A stretch of DNA of 46,547 nt from assembly GCA_049322655.1 (NCBI GenBank), contig JBMORP010000006.1, positions 79,863-126,409 of the forward strand. Direction: 5' to 3'. Below are positions 34,652-43,254 of the stretch, piece by piece; position 1 is the first letter of the stretch, and each line of letters opens with the position of its first letter. Made by a program: the position numbers and the translations under genes. The notes under the pieces were generated by a model. It worked only from the letters and a program-made list of their open reading frames with translations, made no database searches and was not told the DNA's origin. The DNA comes from Patescibacteria group bacterium. Lineage in GTDB: Bacteria > Patescibacteriota > Microgenomatia > UBA1400 > PJMF01.

Positions 34652-35644
34652 TTAAATAACCTGAGTTATTTCTTTTCTGGTTAGTTCCATTAAAGCTTCG
34701 CTCTTATCAGTTTTGTTTAATAAACCATCCAGATTCAGTCCAGCTAAGTTTCTTTCTAAAAAGGCTAAGTTTAATAATTTTAAATCATGTTCGTTTTGAG
34801 GAATTATTGCCAGAATATAATCTTTCCAATTTTTTCTTTGGGTAAGGAGAGTTTGTAGATCTATTTCGCTATTAGCTAAATCGTATTGATACCAATGGAA
34901 ACCAAAAACAGCATCATAAAAAGGTTGACGCCATGACCAATAGAGATTGGAGAGCAAAATAACTTGCTCATCAGCCCGATGTAAATCATGGGTAGAAAAA
35001 TGGCCGTGCATGAATTGCCAATCAACTTCGGCTAATCGATCACATAAAACCTTAACCCCTTTTTCTAAAAGTTGCTGATCAGTTTCTTTTTTGAGGGGGT
35101 GGTGAGGATGAAGTTCTGACCTGATTTTTTGCCAATGAATAAGGTTCTTAGCCGTTTGTTTGGCCAAAGAAACAGATGGTTTATCTAACCAAGAAGTTTT
35201 GAGACAATTAGTTTTGTACTCATGAAATAGCTCAAAGAATTTTTCGATTTCTCCTGTTTTGGCTGGCAAAGAAATGATTTTTTCTCGACTCACATCTTCC
35301 ATAATGAAAGCCTCAAACTCTAACTCTTGATTCCAAGGCAAAGAAAAATATAGGTGAGGAGGACGAATGATTTTACTTTGATTTTGGTTATTAAAAGCTT
35401 CAATCATCACTACTTCACTAGTAGTTGGTTTGACTCCCTGAATTTTGAGAATGGCTGGTTGTTGTTGATAAGTACCACGATAGAGAATGGCTCCGATTTT
35501 TTCCGAATTCCACCAGCTACTTTGTTGGACTAGCTTTTCGATTTTAAAATCTGTTTGTTTGACAACTAACTCTAAAAATTTTTCTACTCGTTCAGCTAGA
35601 TTTGAGTTATTAAAGTAAAAAGCTGAGACAAAGTTTTGTTTCAT
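34652..35644 (-). CDS. Protein-kinase-like (APH/choline-kinase) fold protein with non-canonical catalytic motifs
   Basis: AILK67, E77, FIMEDV hinge, HGHFSTHD catalytic-loop equivalent, LLSNLYW, PFYDAV. Confidence 0.6.
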   Translation of the reverse strand: MKQNFVSAFYFNNSNLAERVEKFLELVVKQTDFKIEKLVQQSSWWNSEKIGAILYRGTYQQQPAILKIQGVKPTTSEVVMIEAFNNQNQSKIIRPPHLYFSLPWNQELEFEAFIMEDVSREKIISLPAKTGEIEKFFELFHEYKTNCLKTSWLDKPSVSLAKQTAKNLIHWQKIRSELHPHHPLKKETDQQLLEKGVKVLCDRLAEVDWQFMHGHFSTHDLHRADEQVILLSNLYWSWRQPFYDAVFGFHWYQYDLANSEIDLQTLLTQRKNWKDYILAIIPQNEHDLKLLNLAFLERNLAGLNLDGLLNKTDKSEALMELTRKEITQVI

Positions 35645-35648
35645 GGAG

Positions 35649-36659
35649 TTATTTTTTTACTGGATAACTGATACCTAGATGCTCATAAGCTTTTTTACTC
35701 ACGACTCTCCCCTTGGTGGTTCTTTTTAAGAAACCAATTTGTAGTAAGTAAGGCTCGATCACTTCTTCAATGGTGCCAGGATCTTCGTGAATCGTGGCGG
35801 CAATGGTACTCAAACCGACTGGACCCCCATTATGTTTATCGATCATCTCTATTAAGAACCGACGGTCGTTATGATCTAAGCCGAGGGCATCGATCGCAAA
35901 CAAGTTGAGAGCTTTTTCTACAGAGCTAGGATTAACATCACCTCCATTTTCAATCTGTGAATAGTCACGTACTCGTTTGAAAAGTTTTAGGGCAATTCTT
36001 GGTGTACCTCGTGATCTTTTGGCAATCGAAAGTGCTGCTTGAGGATCGAGTTTGACTTTAAGTTTTTCAGCGCCATTGGTGATGATTTTTTGCAGACCTT
36101 CAGTAGGATAAAACTCAAGTCTTTGAATAAGGCCAAATCGATCGCGAAAAGGCCCAGCCAATAAACCAAAGCGAGTGGTAGCCCCAACCAAAGTGAACTT
36201 GGGTAAATCAATGCGGACAGTTCTGGCTGAAGGGCCCTTACCAATCACAATATCCAAAGCATAATCCTCCATTGCTGGATAAAGAGTTTCTTCTACCGCT
36301 TTGGATAAACGATGAATTTCATCAACAAACAAAATATCACCATCCTCTAGATTGGTCAGAATGGCAGCTAAATCACCGGTTTTAGTTAAGGCTGTACCAG
36401 AAGTAATCTTGATATTAACCCCCATTTCTTTGGCGATAATGTGAGATAGTGTGGTTTTACCCAACCCTGGTGGTCCATAAAGCAGAATATGATCCATGGT
36501 TTCATGGCGTTGTTTGGCAGCCTCAATCGCGATTTGTAGTGATCTCTTGGTAGTGTCTTGACCAAAAAACTCGGCCCAATCCTGAGCTCGGAGTGAAGTA
36601 AAAAGAATCTCTTCATCAACATTTTGTGGTTCGTTTTGTAAACTGATTGGTTCGATCAT
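35649..36659 (-). CDS. ruvB: Holliday junction branch migration ATPase RuvB
   Basis: HILLYGPPGLGKTTL, LFVDEIHRL, LYPAMED, GATTRFG, DRFG, RGTPRIA, EPYLLQIG. Confidence 0.97.
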   Translation of the reverse strand: MIEPISLQNEPQNVDEEILFTSLRAQDWAEFFGQDTTKRSLQIAIEAAKQRHETMDHILLYGPPGLGKTTLSHIIAKEMGVNIKITSGTALTKTGDLAAILTNLEDGDILFVDEIHRLSKAVEETLYPAMEDYALDIVIGKGPSARTVRIDLPKFTLVGATTRFGLLAGPFRDRFGLIQRLEFYPTEGLQKIITNGAEKLKVKLDPQAALSIAKRSRGTPRIALKLFKRVRDYSQIENGGDVNPSSVEKALNLFAIDALGLDHNDRRFLIEMIDKHNGGPVGLSTIAATIHEDPGTIEEVIEPYLLQIGFLKRTTKGRVVSKKAYEHLGISYPVKK

Positions 36660-36662
36660 AAG

Positions 36663-37232
36663 TTAGTTTTTGGATAGTTTTTTTACTGCTTCTTTCAAAA
36701 CTTTTTCCACGGATTGTTGTGTATCCAAGGTTTTGAGAACTTCTTGAACATGATGTTCAGCAAAGCCTAAACCGAGCAAACCATCCAGTACGTCTTGCTC
36801 TGTTTGAGAGAGAGGGCTGAGATCTAGGTCTTTCAGTCCGCCTAGTTTTGATTTCAATTCAATGATGATTTTTTGGGCAAGTTTTTTACCTACTCTAGGG
36901 ATAGAACTAAAAAAACTAACATCAGCATTTTGGACAGCAGTGACCAATCGCTCTGCCCCAGCATCGATAATCGCCAAAGCCGTTTTGGGGCCAACCCCAG
37001 AAACAGCTAGGATTAATTCAAATAAGGACAAGTCTTTGTGAGTTTGAAAGCCAAAAAGCTTCAAAGCATCTTCTTTGACATGAGTATAAATAAATAACTC
37101 AACTTGGTCTTGGTCTTGTAAACGCAAAAATAAGGTAGAACCTATTTCTACTCGATAGCCCACTCCTCCAGTAGTCTGAATAAGAATAGAATTAGTAAGT
37201 TTGTGGATAGTACCTGAAAGAAACCCGATCAT
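36663..37232 (-). CDS. ruvA: Holliday junction binding protein RuvA
   Basis: GGVGYRV, YTHVKED, LFGF, VSGVGPKTAL, IPRVGKKLAQKIIIELK. Confidence 0.96.
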   Translation of the reverse strand: MIGFLSGTIHKLTNSILIQTTGGVGYRVEIGSTLFLRLQDQDQVELFIYTHVKEDALKLFGFQTHKDLSLFELILAVSGVGPKTALAIIDAGAERLVTAVQNADVSFFSSIPRVGKKLAQKIIIELKSKLGGLKDLDLSPLSQTEQDVLDGLLGLGFAEHHVQEVLKTLDTQQSVEKVLKEAVKKLSKN

Positions 37233-37256
37233 GTTAAGGTTATTTGTATCACGTTT

Positions 37257-37757
37257 TTAGAGTGCCAACAACTTACGTTGAGTTTGGTAAGTCATCATTA
37301 CTGCCAAAGCATCGATGGCATCATCAACGATTTTATCCTTGGGTAAATTCAGCTGAAGTCGAACCATTTTTTCAATACTTTTTTTGTCAGCTCGACCATA
37401 GCCAGTTACGGCTTGTTTAACTTGCAGTGGAGTAAATTCATGAAGTTGTAGGCCAGCCGTAAAACAAGTACTTAAAATCACTCCTCTGGCCTCACTGACT
37501 TTCAATGCAGTTTTTTGGTTTTTGAAAAAAAACAGTGACTCAATGACTGCAACTTCAGGTTTATAGTGGTTAATAATTTGGCTTAATTCTTCTTGGAGAA
37601 GTTTATAGCGATCAAATAACTCTGTTTGTTTGGGCGTTTCGATACAACCATAATATAGCTGAGACCAGTGCTGGCCATTAGTGGTGCCGGCTGCCCAACC
37701 AAGACGATCATAACCAGGGTCAATGCCAAGAATAGTAAGTGATGATGATTTAGTCAT
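37257..37757 (-). CDS. ruvC: Holliday junction resolvase RuvC
   Basis: ILGIDPG, IESLFF, EARGV, KQAVTGYGRADK, DDAIDALA. Confidence 0.96.
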   Translation of the reverse strand: MTKSSSLTILGIDPGYDRLGWAAGTTNGQHWSQLYYGCIETPKQTELFDRYKLLQEELSQIINHYKPEVAVIESLFFFKNQKTALKVSEARGVILSTCFTAGLQLHEFTPLQVKQAVTGYGRADKKSIEKMVRLQLNLPKDKIVDDAIDALAVMMTYQTQRKLLAL

Positions 37758-38982
37758 GGCGGTTAAATGGATCTTGGAGTTTTAGAGTTGGTTTTTGTAG
37801 TGCAACGACTTCAAATAAGGTGGCTAAGATTTTTTCAGCGGTTTTTTGCCAAGAAAAATTACTCAAATGCCGGGCCATTCTTCTTTTCAAGACTTTTTGT
37901 CTGAGTTTGGGAAGTTGCCAAACTTCAAGCATAGTGGTGGCAATTTGCCCTGGATCGGTGGCCTCAACTTTAAAACCAGCGGAACCAACTGCTTCTGGCA
38001 AACTACTATTGTTGGCAACAACAGCTGGCGTTCCAACAGCAAAAGATTCTAAAGGAGGAATGCCAAAACCCTCATAGAGGCCAACTAGGAATGAAGCTTT
38101 GGCATGTTCATAAAGAGGTTTTTTGAGTGAGTCATCGACAAAACCAATCAAGATAATTTGGTCTTTAATCGGAGATTGGGCTACTCTTTTTAATACCCCA
38201 TCAGCTAACCAACCAGTTTTACCAGCAATGACTAGTTGAGGTGGGGCGGTTTTTTCAATAGTTTTGGCTTGAGCGGTTTTGAGTTTTAGGGCGGCCAGTT
38301 TGTGGTTAAAAATCTCAAAAGCTTCAATCAAGTTAATCAGATTTTTTCTGGGCTGGATGGTACCGAGATATAAAAAATAGTTATTTGGGTCCAAAGAGTT
38401 ATTTTTAATAAACCTTTTCCAACGAAGTTTGGAGTACTGGTTTTTAAGAGCCACAGAGGGGTAGGCTACTTTAATACGATTAGCAGCTAGACCATACTTT
38501 TTACTGATTTCTTGTTTGGAAAATTCACTGATGGTGATTACTTGTTGGGCATGTTTGACACTGTAGGCAGTCCAGTGTTTAAGTTGAAAAGCATCCATGC
38601 CCGTAAATTGGTCAGGAAATTCTAGAAAAGCCAAGTCCATGATGGTGCTAACATAAGGAATAGGTGAAAACCGAGGTGCATAGTGACCGGGGGTATAAAA
38701 CAAATCGTAGTGACCAATATTTTTGAATAAATGGAGTGGTAAAGCCCACTGAGTCCAGAACTTACTTGGTTTAACGACCTGATATTGCCAGTTGGCAGTA
38801 GCGGGCGGAAAATCAGCTTGTGGTGGTTGAGACAGCAACACTGTCCAACTGAGTTGGTGGTGATTTTTGCTTAACTGCTGAAGCGCTTTTAAAACTTCAA
38901 AAGCATAAACATTACTGCCCACTCTGTTTTTAACATTAGCTTCATTGCCATCAAGCGCAAAATGTAAAAGTTGGTTAGTCAT
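37750..38982 (-). CDS. Glycosyltransferase family 4
   Basis: RVGSNVY, LGTIQPRKN, YEGFGIPPLES. Likely start is ATG 38982, overlapping the upstream stop (ORF track starts at 39027). Confidence 0.92.
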   Translation of the reverse strand: MTNQLLHFALDGNEANVKNRVGSNVYAFEVLKALQQLSKNHHQLSWTVLLSQPPQADFPPATANWQYQVVKPSKFWTQWALPLHLFKNIGHYDLFYTPGHYAPRFSPIPYVSTIMDLAFLEFPDQFTGMDAFQLKHWTAYSVKHAQQVITISEFSKQEISKKYGLAANRIKVAYPSVALKNQYSKLRWKRFIKNNSLDPNNYFLYLGTIQPRKNLINLIEAFEIFNHKLAALKLKTAQAKTIEKTAPPQLVIAGKTGWLADGVLKRVAQSPIKDQIILIGFVDDSLKKPLYEHAKASFLVGLYEGFGIPPLESFAVGTPAVVANNSSLPEAVGSAGFKVEATDPGQIATTMLEVWQLPKLRQKVLKRRMARHLSNFSWQKTAEKILATLFEVVALQKPTLKLQDPFNRHD

Positions 38983-40111
38983 AGTTGGCGATAGCCTTTT
39001 TATAAACTTCCACTGTTTGTTCAGCAACCAAATGCCAACTAAACATGTGCATGCGGATAATCATTCGTTGTAGACGTTGTTGTTGCTCTGGTTGATTTTC
39101 ATTCAAAATCAATCTAATGCCTCGATTGATATCAGCGACATCTTCTGGGTTAACTAGTTCAGCAGCATTGCCGGCTACTTCAATGAGAGCAGAAACATTA
39201 GAGGTTACCACTGGTGTACCATGGTAAAAAGCCTCTAGAATTGGTAGGCCAAAACCTTCATCTAGACTGGGATAAACAAAAGCTTCTGCTTCAGCATATA
39301 AAACATTGAGTACTTGGTCAGAAACTTTGCCTAAAAATCTCAAACTGGGATCTTGAACGCTGTCACTGTTGTCCCAACCACTCTCTCCTACAATAATTAA
39401 ATCTAGATTGTTTTTTAGAGGGAGCCAAGCCTCAATCAGTCTTGCCAAATTTTTTCTAGGTTCACGAGTGCCAACAAATAATAAGTAGGGTCGTTGAAGG
39501 TTAAACTCTAACTTAATTCTTTCCGCTAGTTCTTCTGAAAGTAGTTCATTAACCAAGCGAATTTCTCTGGGCAATGCTTCTGGGATGACATGAATTTTGT
39601 AGCTGGGAATATCCAATAAACGAATAATATCTTTTTTGGTGGCTTGAGAAACAGCAATAATCTCGGCCTGACGGTCTTTGAGAACACGCCAAGATTGTTG
39701 ATGAGCTTTGACAACTTTGGGGTGAGCTACTTCCGGGTATTTGATGATAGCTAGATCATGGATAGTAGAAACTAACGGCAGATCTTTATCTGGTGGTTGC
39801 AACCAATCCCAGCTATGAAAGACACTGAGATCTTTGATTTTTTTACTAACCGGATTTAAGCCTAGTTGCCATAATAATTGTAGGGCTGTGGGTGGATATT
39901 TTTGCCAGGCTAATTCCACACGATCCGCGGTCATGGTTTGGTCAATTAATTCTTGAGCCGTGCGTTGAAGTTTATCTTGTTGGCGAAAAGATGAGCCATA
40001 TAAAGCCAGTTGATGGTTGGTATTTTCTAGTAAACTGCGAACCAAGTTTTTAGTGTAACGAGAAACTCCTCGGTCATAAATTGCGGCAGTAAAATCGATT
40101 CCAATTTTCAT
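38975..40111 (-). CDS. Glycosyltransferase family 4
   Basis: GVSRYT, TIHDL, VGTREPRKN, PSLDEGFGLPILEA. Confidence 0.93.
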   Translation of the reverse strand: MKIGIDFTAAIYDRGVSRYTKNLVRSLLENTNHQLALYGSSFRQQDKLQRTAQELIDQTMTADRVELAWQKYPPTALQLLWQLGLNPVSKKIKDLSVFHSWDWLQPPDKDLPLVSTIHDLAIIKYPEVAHPKVVKAHQQSWRVLKDRQAEIIAVSQATKKDIIRLLDIPSYKIHVIPEALPREIRLVNELLSEELAERIKLEFNLQRPYLLFVGTREPRKNLARLIEAWLPLKNNLDLIIVGESGWDNSDSVQDPSLRFLGKVSDQVLNVLYAEAEAFVYPSLDEGFGLPILEAFYHGTPVVTSNVSALIEVAGNAAELVNPEDVADINRGIRLILNENQPEQQQRLQRMIIRMHMFSWHLVAEQTVEVYKKAIANYD

Positions 40112-40146
40112 AACAGTTGTGGTTATTATTCCTTATTTATTGATTT

Positions 40147-41640
40147 TTAAAAAGTCGAGAGTCCCAAAGCATAGTTGCTTCTAGTATAAATTCTGACAAA
40201 ACCAATCCCAGGATAGTCAATGACTCCTCTGCCTACAAAGCCAAAATCTGTCAGAGTAGTCAAGATTTTATCTTCTGGATCAGTTAATGTTCTGAGATAA
40301 TCAAAGACTAGCACATATTTTTTATCAAAAGCAGGCTTGAGAGTTTGAGTGAGATTTTCTACATCACTAATGTGTCGTTTACCAGTCACTAAGGTAGGAT
40401 AATCTGGTTCATACCAGCGCCAAGGAGCAAATGGCTCGTCAAAAGACATAATCACGAGCGTTTCAGCTCTGGGAAAAGTAGTGGTAATCTCATGTTTTAA
40501 GGCTCGCCAGTTTTCTCTTTGTAAAGAAGCATCATGCCAATAACTGACAATGCCCCAGAGATTAATAAAAATTAAAGTTAACAACAAATAAGTGGCTAGC
40601 ACAGTTTGTTTTTGGGTCTTGAGCCAAGAAGCAGCTAACATCAAGAAAAATGGAAGTAAAAACAACAGCCGTTTGGGTCGGACAACTGGAACGGCAAAAG
40701 AAATCAGCCAAGCAGTTAAGAGGGGCAGAATTAACAACACTAGTAACTGAAGAGTAGGAGTCATTTTGCTGAAAAGTTTTGGGAATTGGTCAAGATTTTT
40801 TATGAGGTTTTTCCACAATAATTTGGCTGAAACCCAAAAGAGTTTTGCACATAGAAAAGTAATTAATAGCAGTGATAATAAAAATGGCCAGGTCAATTCT
40901 AGATTAAGCACGCCAAAAATAAACTTGAGCGGTACTAAGGCCAATGCCTTTAATTGCGGAATACTGACAACCGTTTCCCAACCAGGAAGCTCGGTTCTGA
41001 GGTTTTGCCCTGCTTGAAGTTGTTGCAAAAACATTGGTAACCAAGGAGCAACAGCCAAACCAATGATGAAAGAACTGTGGAGAGTTTTTTGCCAGCTGTG
41101 TTGCTGCCAAAGAATGACTAGTTGGGCAAATAATAAGAATGGATAAAGATAAGATGAATAAAGACCGGCAACTGAGAGTAAAACAAACTGCCAAGTTTTG
41201 AATGGCTTAGTAACCAGCACCAATGTAGCCAACAACCCCCACATGGCTGGCAAACTATAAGGTCGCAGTTCTTGGGAATAAAAAATATGAAAGGACGAGC
41301 TAGCCAACAGCAAAGCAGTCCAGAGTGCCACTTTGTCAGAAAAAAGCTTTCTGGCTACGTGATAACTAGCCCAAATGGTTACTAAACCCGGAAGTAAAGC
41401 TCCCCAGAGTCTGAGCCACCACTCGCCTTGAGAAAAATATTGGGCGAAATGAACGATGTAATGTAATAAGGGTGGTTGAAAATCAGGCACAATATCAAGT
41501 TGTTGACTGAAAGTTCGACTGCTTTCGATAGCTTGAGCAGCTTCATCTAGCCAAAAAGAACCACTAAGCAAAGGTAAGCGGAGGGCTAAAGCAAACAACA
41601 AAATTAACCACAGGGGGTGAGTAAACACAAATTTTTTCAC
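40147..41640 (-). CDS. GT-C fold (GT39/ArnT-like) membrane glycosyltransferase
   Basis: SFWLDEA, DFQPPLLHY, YSQELRPYS, many TMs. True start is probably GTG 41640. The ORF-track extension to 41964 runs through a terminator and another gene. Confidence 0.82.
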   Translation of the reverse strand: MKKFVFTHPLWLILLFALALRLPLLSGSFWLDEAAQAIESSRTFSQQLDIVPDFQPPLLHYIVHFAQYFSQGEWWLRLWGALLPGLVTIWASYHVARKLFSDKVALWTALLLASSSFHIFYSQELRPYSLPAMWGLLATLVLVTKPFKTWQFVLLSVAGLYSSYLYPFLLFAQLVILWQQHSWQKTLHSSFIIGLAVAPWLPMFLQQLQAGQNLRTELPGWETVVSIPQLKALALVPLKFIFGVLNLELTWPFLLSLLLITFLCAKLFWVSAKLLWKNLIKNLDQFPKLFSKMTPTLQLLVLLILPLLTAWLISFAVPVVRPKRLLFLLPFFLMLAASWLKTQKQTVLATYLLLTLIFINLWGIVSYWHDASLQRENWRALKHEITTTFPRAETLVIMSFDEPFAPWRWYEPDYPTLVTGKRHISDVENLTQTLKPAFDKKYVLVFDYLRTLTDPEDKILTTLTDFGFVGRGVIDYPGIGFVRIYTRSNYALGLSTF

Positions 41641-41677
41641 TTTCCCATCATAACCCGAGACTGGCAGAGAGTGAAGT

Positions 41678-41706
41678 AAAAAAAATCCCTCGCCGTAGCG
41701 AGGGAT
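41678..41706 (-). terminator. Intrinsic terminator after the 100-aa membrane gene
   Basis: AUCCCUCGC-UACG-GCGAGGGAU (cUACGg tetraloop) followed by a U-run. Confidence 0.9.
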
Positions 41707-41723
41707 CTCATTGGTGGCACCAC

Positions 41724-42026
41724 TTAGAACCAGAAAATAGTGCCGGTGAAGATGAACTGGATAACCGCCCAGGCGCTGAGAGGAATAGCGACCAAGCCAG
41801 TCCAGAACCACCAGCCTTTCAGCTGAATGGCACTGAAGAAGCCCAGGAACGCATAGACCGCCCAGAACAGGGGGTATAACATGCTTCCGACAGCCACTGA
41901 ACCGACTGCCAACCCGCCAAAGACGAGCAAACAGTAGTAAAACAAGGGCTTGCCGAATTTCCACATGAAGATGCCAGGAATGACCCAGGCAGCCAGGTGG
42001 ATCGCAATTGCTAACCAGTTAGGCAT
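41724..42026 (-). CDS. 100-aa, about 4-TM hydrophobic protein of unknown function
   Basis: ATG 42026 preceded by SD AGGAGGTGA (42042-42034). MPNWLAIAIH...TGTIFWF. Has its own promoter and terminator. Confidence 0.8.
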   Translation of the reverse strand: MPNWLAIAIHLAAWVIPGIFMWKFGKPLFYYCLLVFGGLAVGSVAVGSMLYPLFWAVYAFLGFFSAIQLKGWWFWTGLVAIPLSAWAVIQFIFTGTIFWF

Positions 42027-42162
42027 GAATTCTTCACCTCCTCTCTTTGTGAGTTTGGTTTTCAGCCACCACTTGGTTTGGCGCGAAGCCAAATAGTGAT
42101 GACTGAGTTGACAAACTCAGTTGTTAAAGAACTTAGTAATAAAATAAATAATTTCTCGAGAG

Positions 42163-42191
42163 AGTATAGCAAAAAATTTGGTTATAGTCAA
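42163..42191 (-). promoter_or_regulatory. sigma70 promoter for the 100-aa gene, TSS about 42156
   Basis: TTGACT (42191-42186), 17-nt spacer, TATACT (42168-42163) with an extended TG. Confidence 0.8.
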
Positions 42192-42266
42192 TCTTATAGG
42201 ATAATTTTTGACTAGTTAGTTTTCTTCTGATTACTGAGTCAGGATTGTTTGTTACAATGTTTTTAT

Positions 42267-43238
42267 ATGTCAGATCGTTTTAGTGGTCAAAAAGTGTTAA
42301 TAACTGGTGCGGCAGGGTTTTTGGGTTCTCATTTAGTCGAGACGTTGCTAAAAGAAGGAGCGATCGTCTTGGGAGTGGATAATTTTATTACTGGTAACGC
42401 TGACAACTTGGCAGAGATTGATACTGATCGGTTTGCTTTTGTGGAGGCTGACGTCACTCAACCAGCTGGCAACTATTTACATGGTGAAGTCTTTGATTAT
42501 ATTTTTCATTTTGCTTCACCTGCTTCTCCACCCTGGTACCAAAAATATCCACGCGAGACTTACTTGGTAAATACTGTGGCTACTGATCACTTATTGAAAT
42601 ATTTACAAGCTACTAATCCAGCCGGTCGGTTTATTTTTGCTGGTACCTCTGAGGCTTATGGTGACCCCTTAGAACATCCTCAAAAAGAAACTTATTGGGG
42701 CAATGTTAATCCAAATGGGGTGAGGTCTTGTTATGACGAAAGTAAACGGTTGGGTGAAACAATTACTGGGGTGTTTTACCGTAACTTTGGTCTAGATACT
42801 AGAATTGTCAGAATCTTTAATACCTATGGGCCAAGAATCGGAGTTGATGACGGGCGGGTTATTCCTAGTTTCATTATGTCAGCTTTGAAAAATCAACCAA
42901 TGAGAGTGTTTGGTGATGGTTCACAAACCAGATCTTACTGTTATGTCAGTGATCTAATCGAAGGAATTTTACGTTTGGCAACAGTGCTAGAAGCCGAGGG
43001 TCAAACCGTTAATTTGGGTAATCCAGTGGAATATACTGTCAGAGAAACAGCCGAGATAATTTGGCAGGCTGTTTATGAACAGGTGTCTTCAGCCAAAATC
43101 GAGTTCCAAGAGTTACCTGGAGATGATCCTACTCGCAGAAAACCTGATATTAGCAAAGCCAAAGAGTTGTTGGGTTGGGAGCCCAAAGTGAGTTTCACCG
43201 AGGGACTGAGAAAAACAGTCGAGTGGTTTGCTAGATAA
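42267..43238 (+). CDS. UDP-glucuronate decarboxylase (UDP-xylose synthase)-like SDR
   Basis: GAAGFLGSHL, HFASPASPP, TSEAYGDP, YWGNVNP, SCYDESKR, RIFNTYGP, DDPTRRKPDI. Likely start is ATG 42267. Confidence 0.9.
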   Translation: MSDRFSGQKVLITGAAGFLGSHLVETLLKEGAIVLGVDNFITGNADNLAEIDTDRFAFVEADVTQPAGNYLHGEVFDYIFHFASPASPPWYQKYPRETYLVNTVATDHLLKYLQATNPAGRFIFAGTSEAYGDPLEHPQKETYWGNVNPNGVRSCYDESKRLGETITGVFYRNFGLDTRIVRIFNTYGPRIGVDDGRVIPSFIMSALKNQPMRVFGDGSQTRSYCYVSDLIEGILRLATVLEAEGQTVNLGNPVEYTVRETAEIIWQAVYEQVSSAKIEFQELPGDDPTRRKPDISKAKELLGWEPKVSFTEGLRKTVEWFAR

Positions 43239-43254
43239 CTAGAAGGCCCTACCT

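Noticed and set aside
41641-41964. N-terminal 108 aa of the 605-aa ORF
   Set aside because: It runs through a strong terminator and overlaps the 100-aa gene in another frame. GTG 41640 gives a normal GT-C N-terminus.
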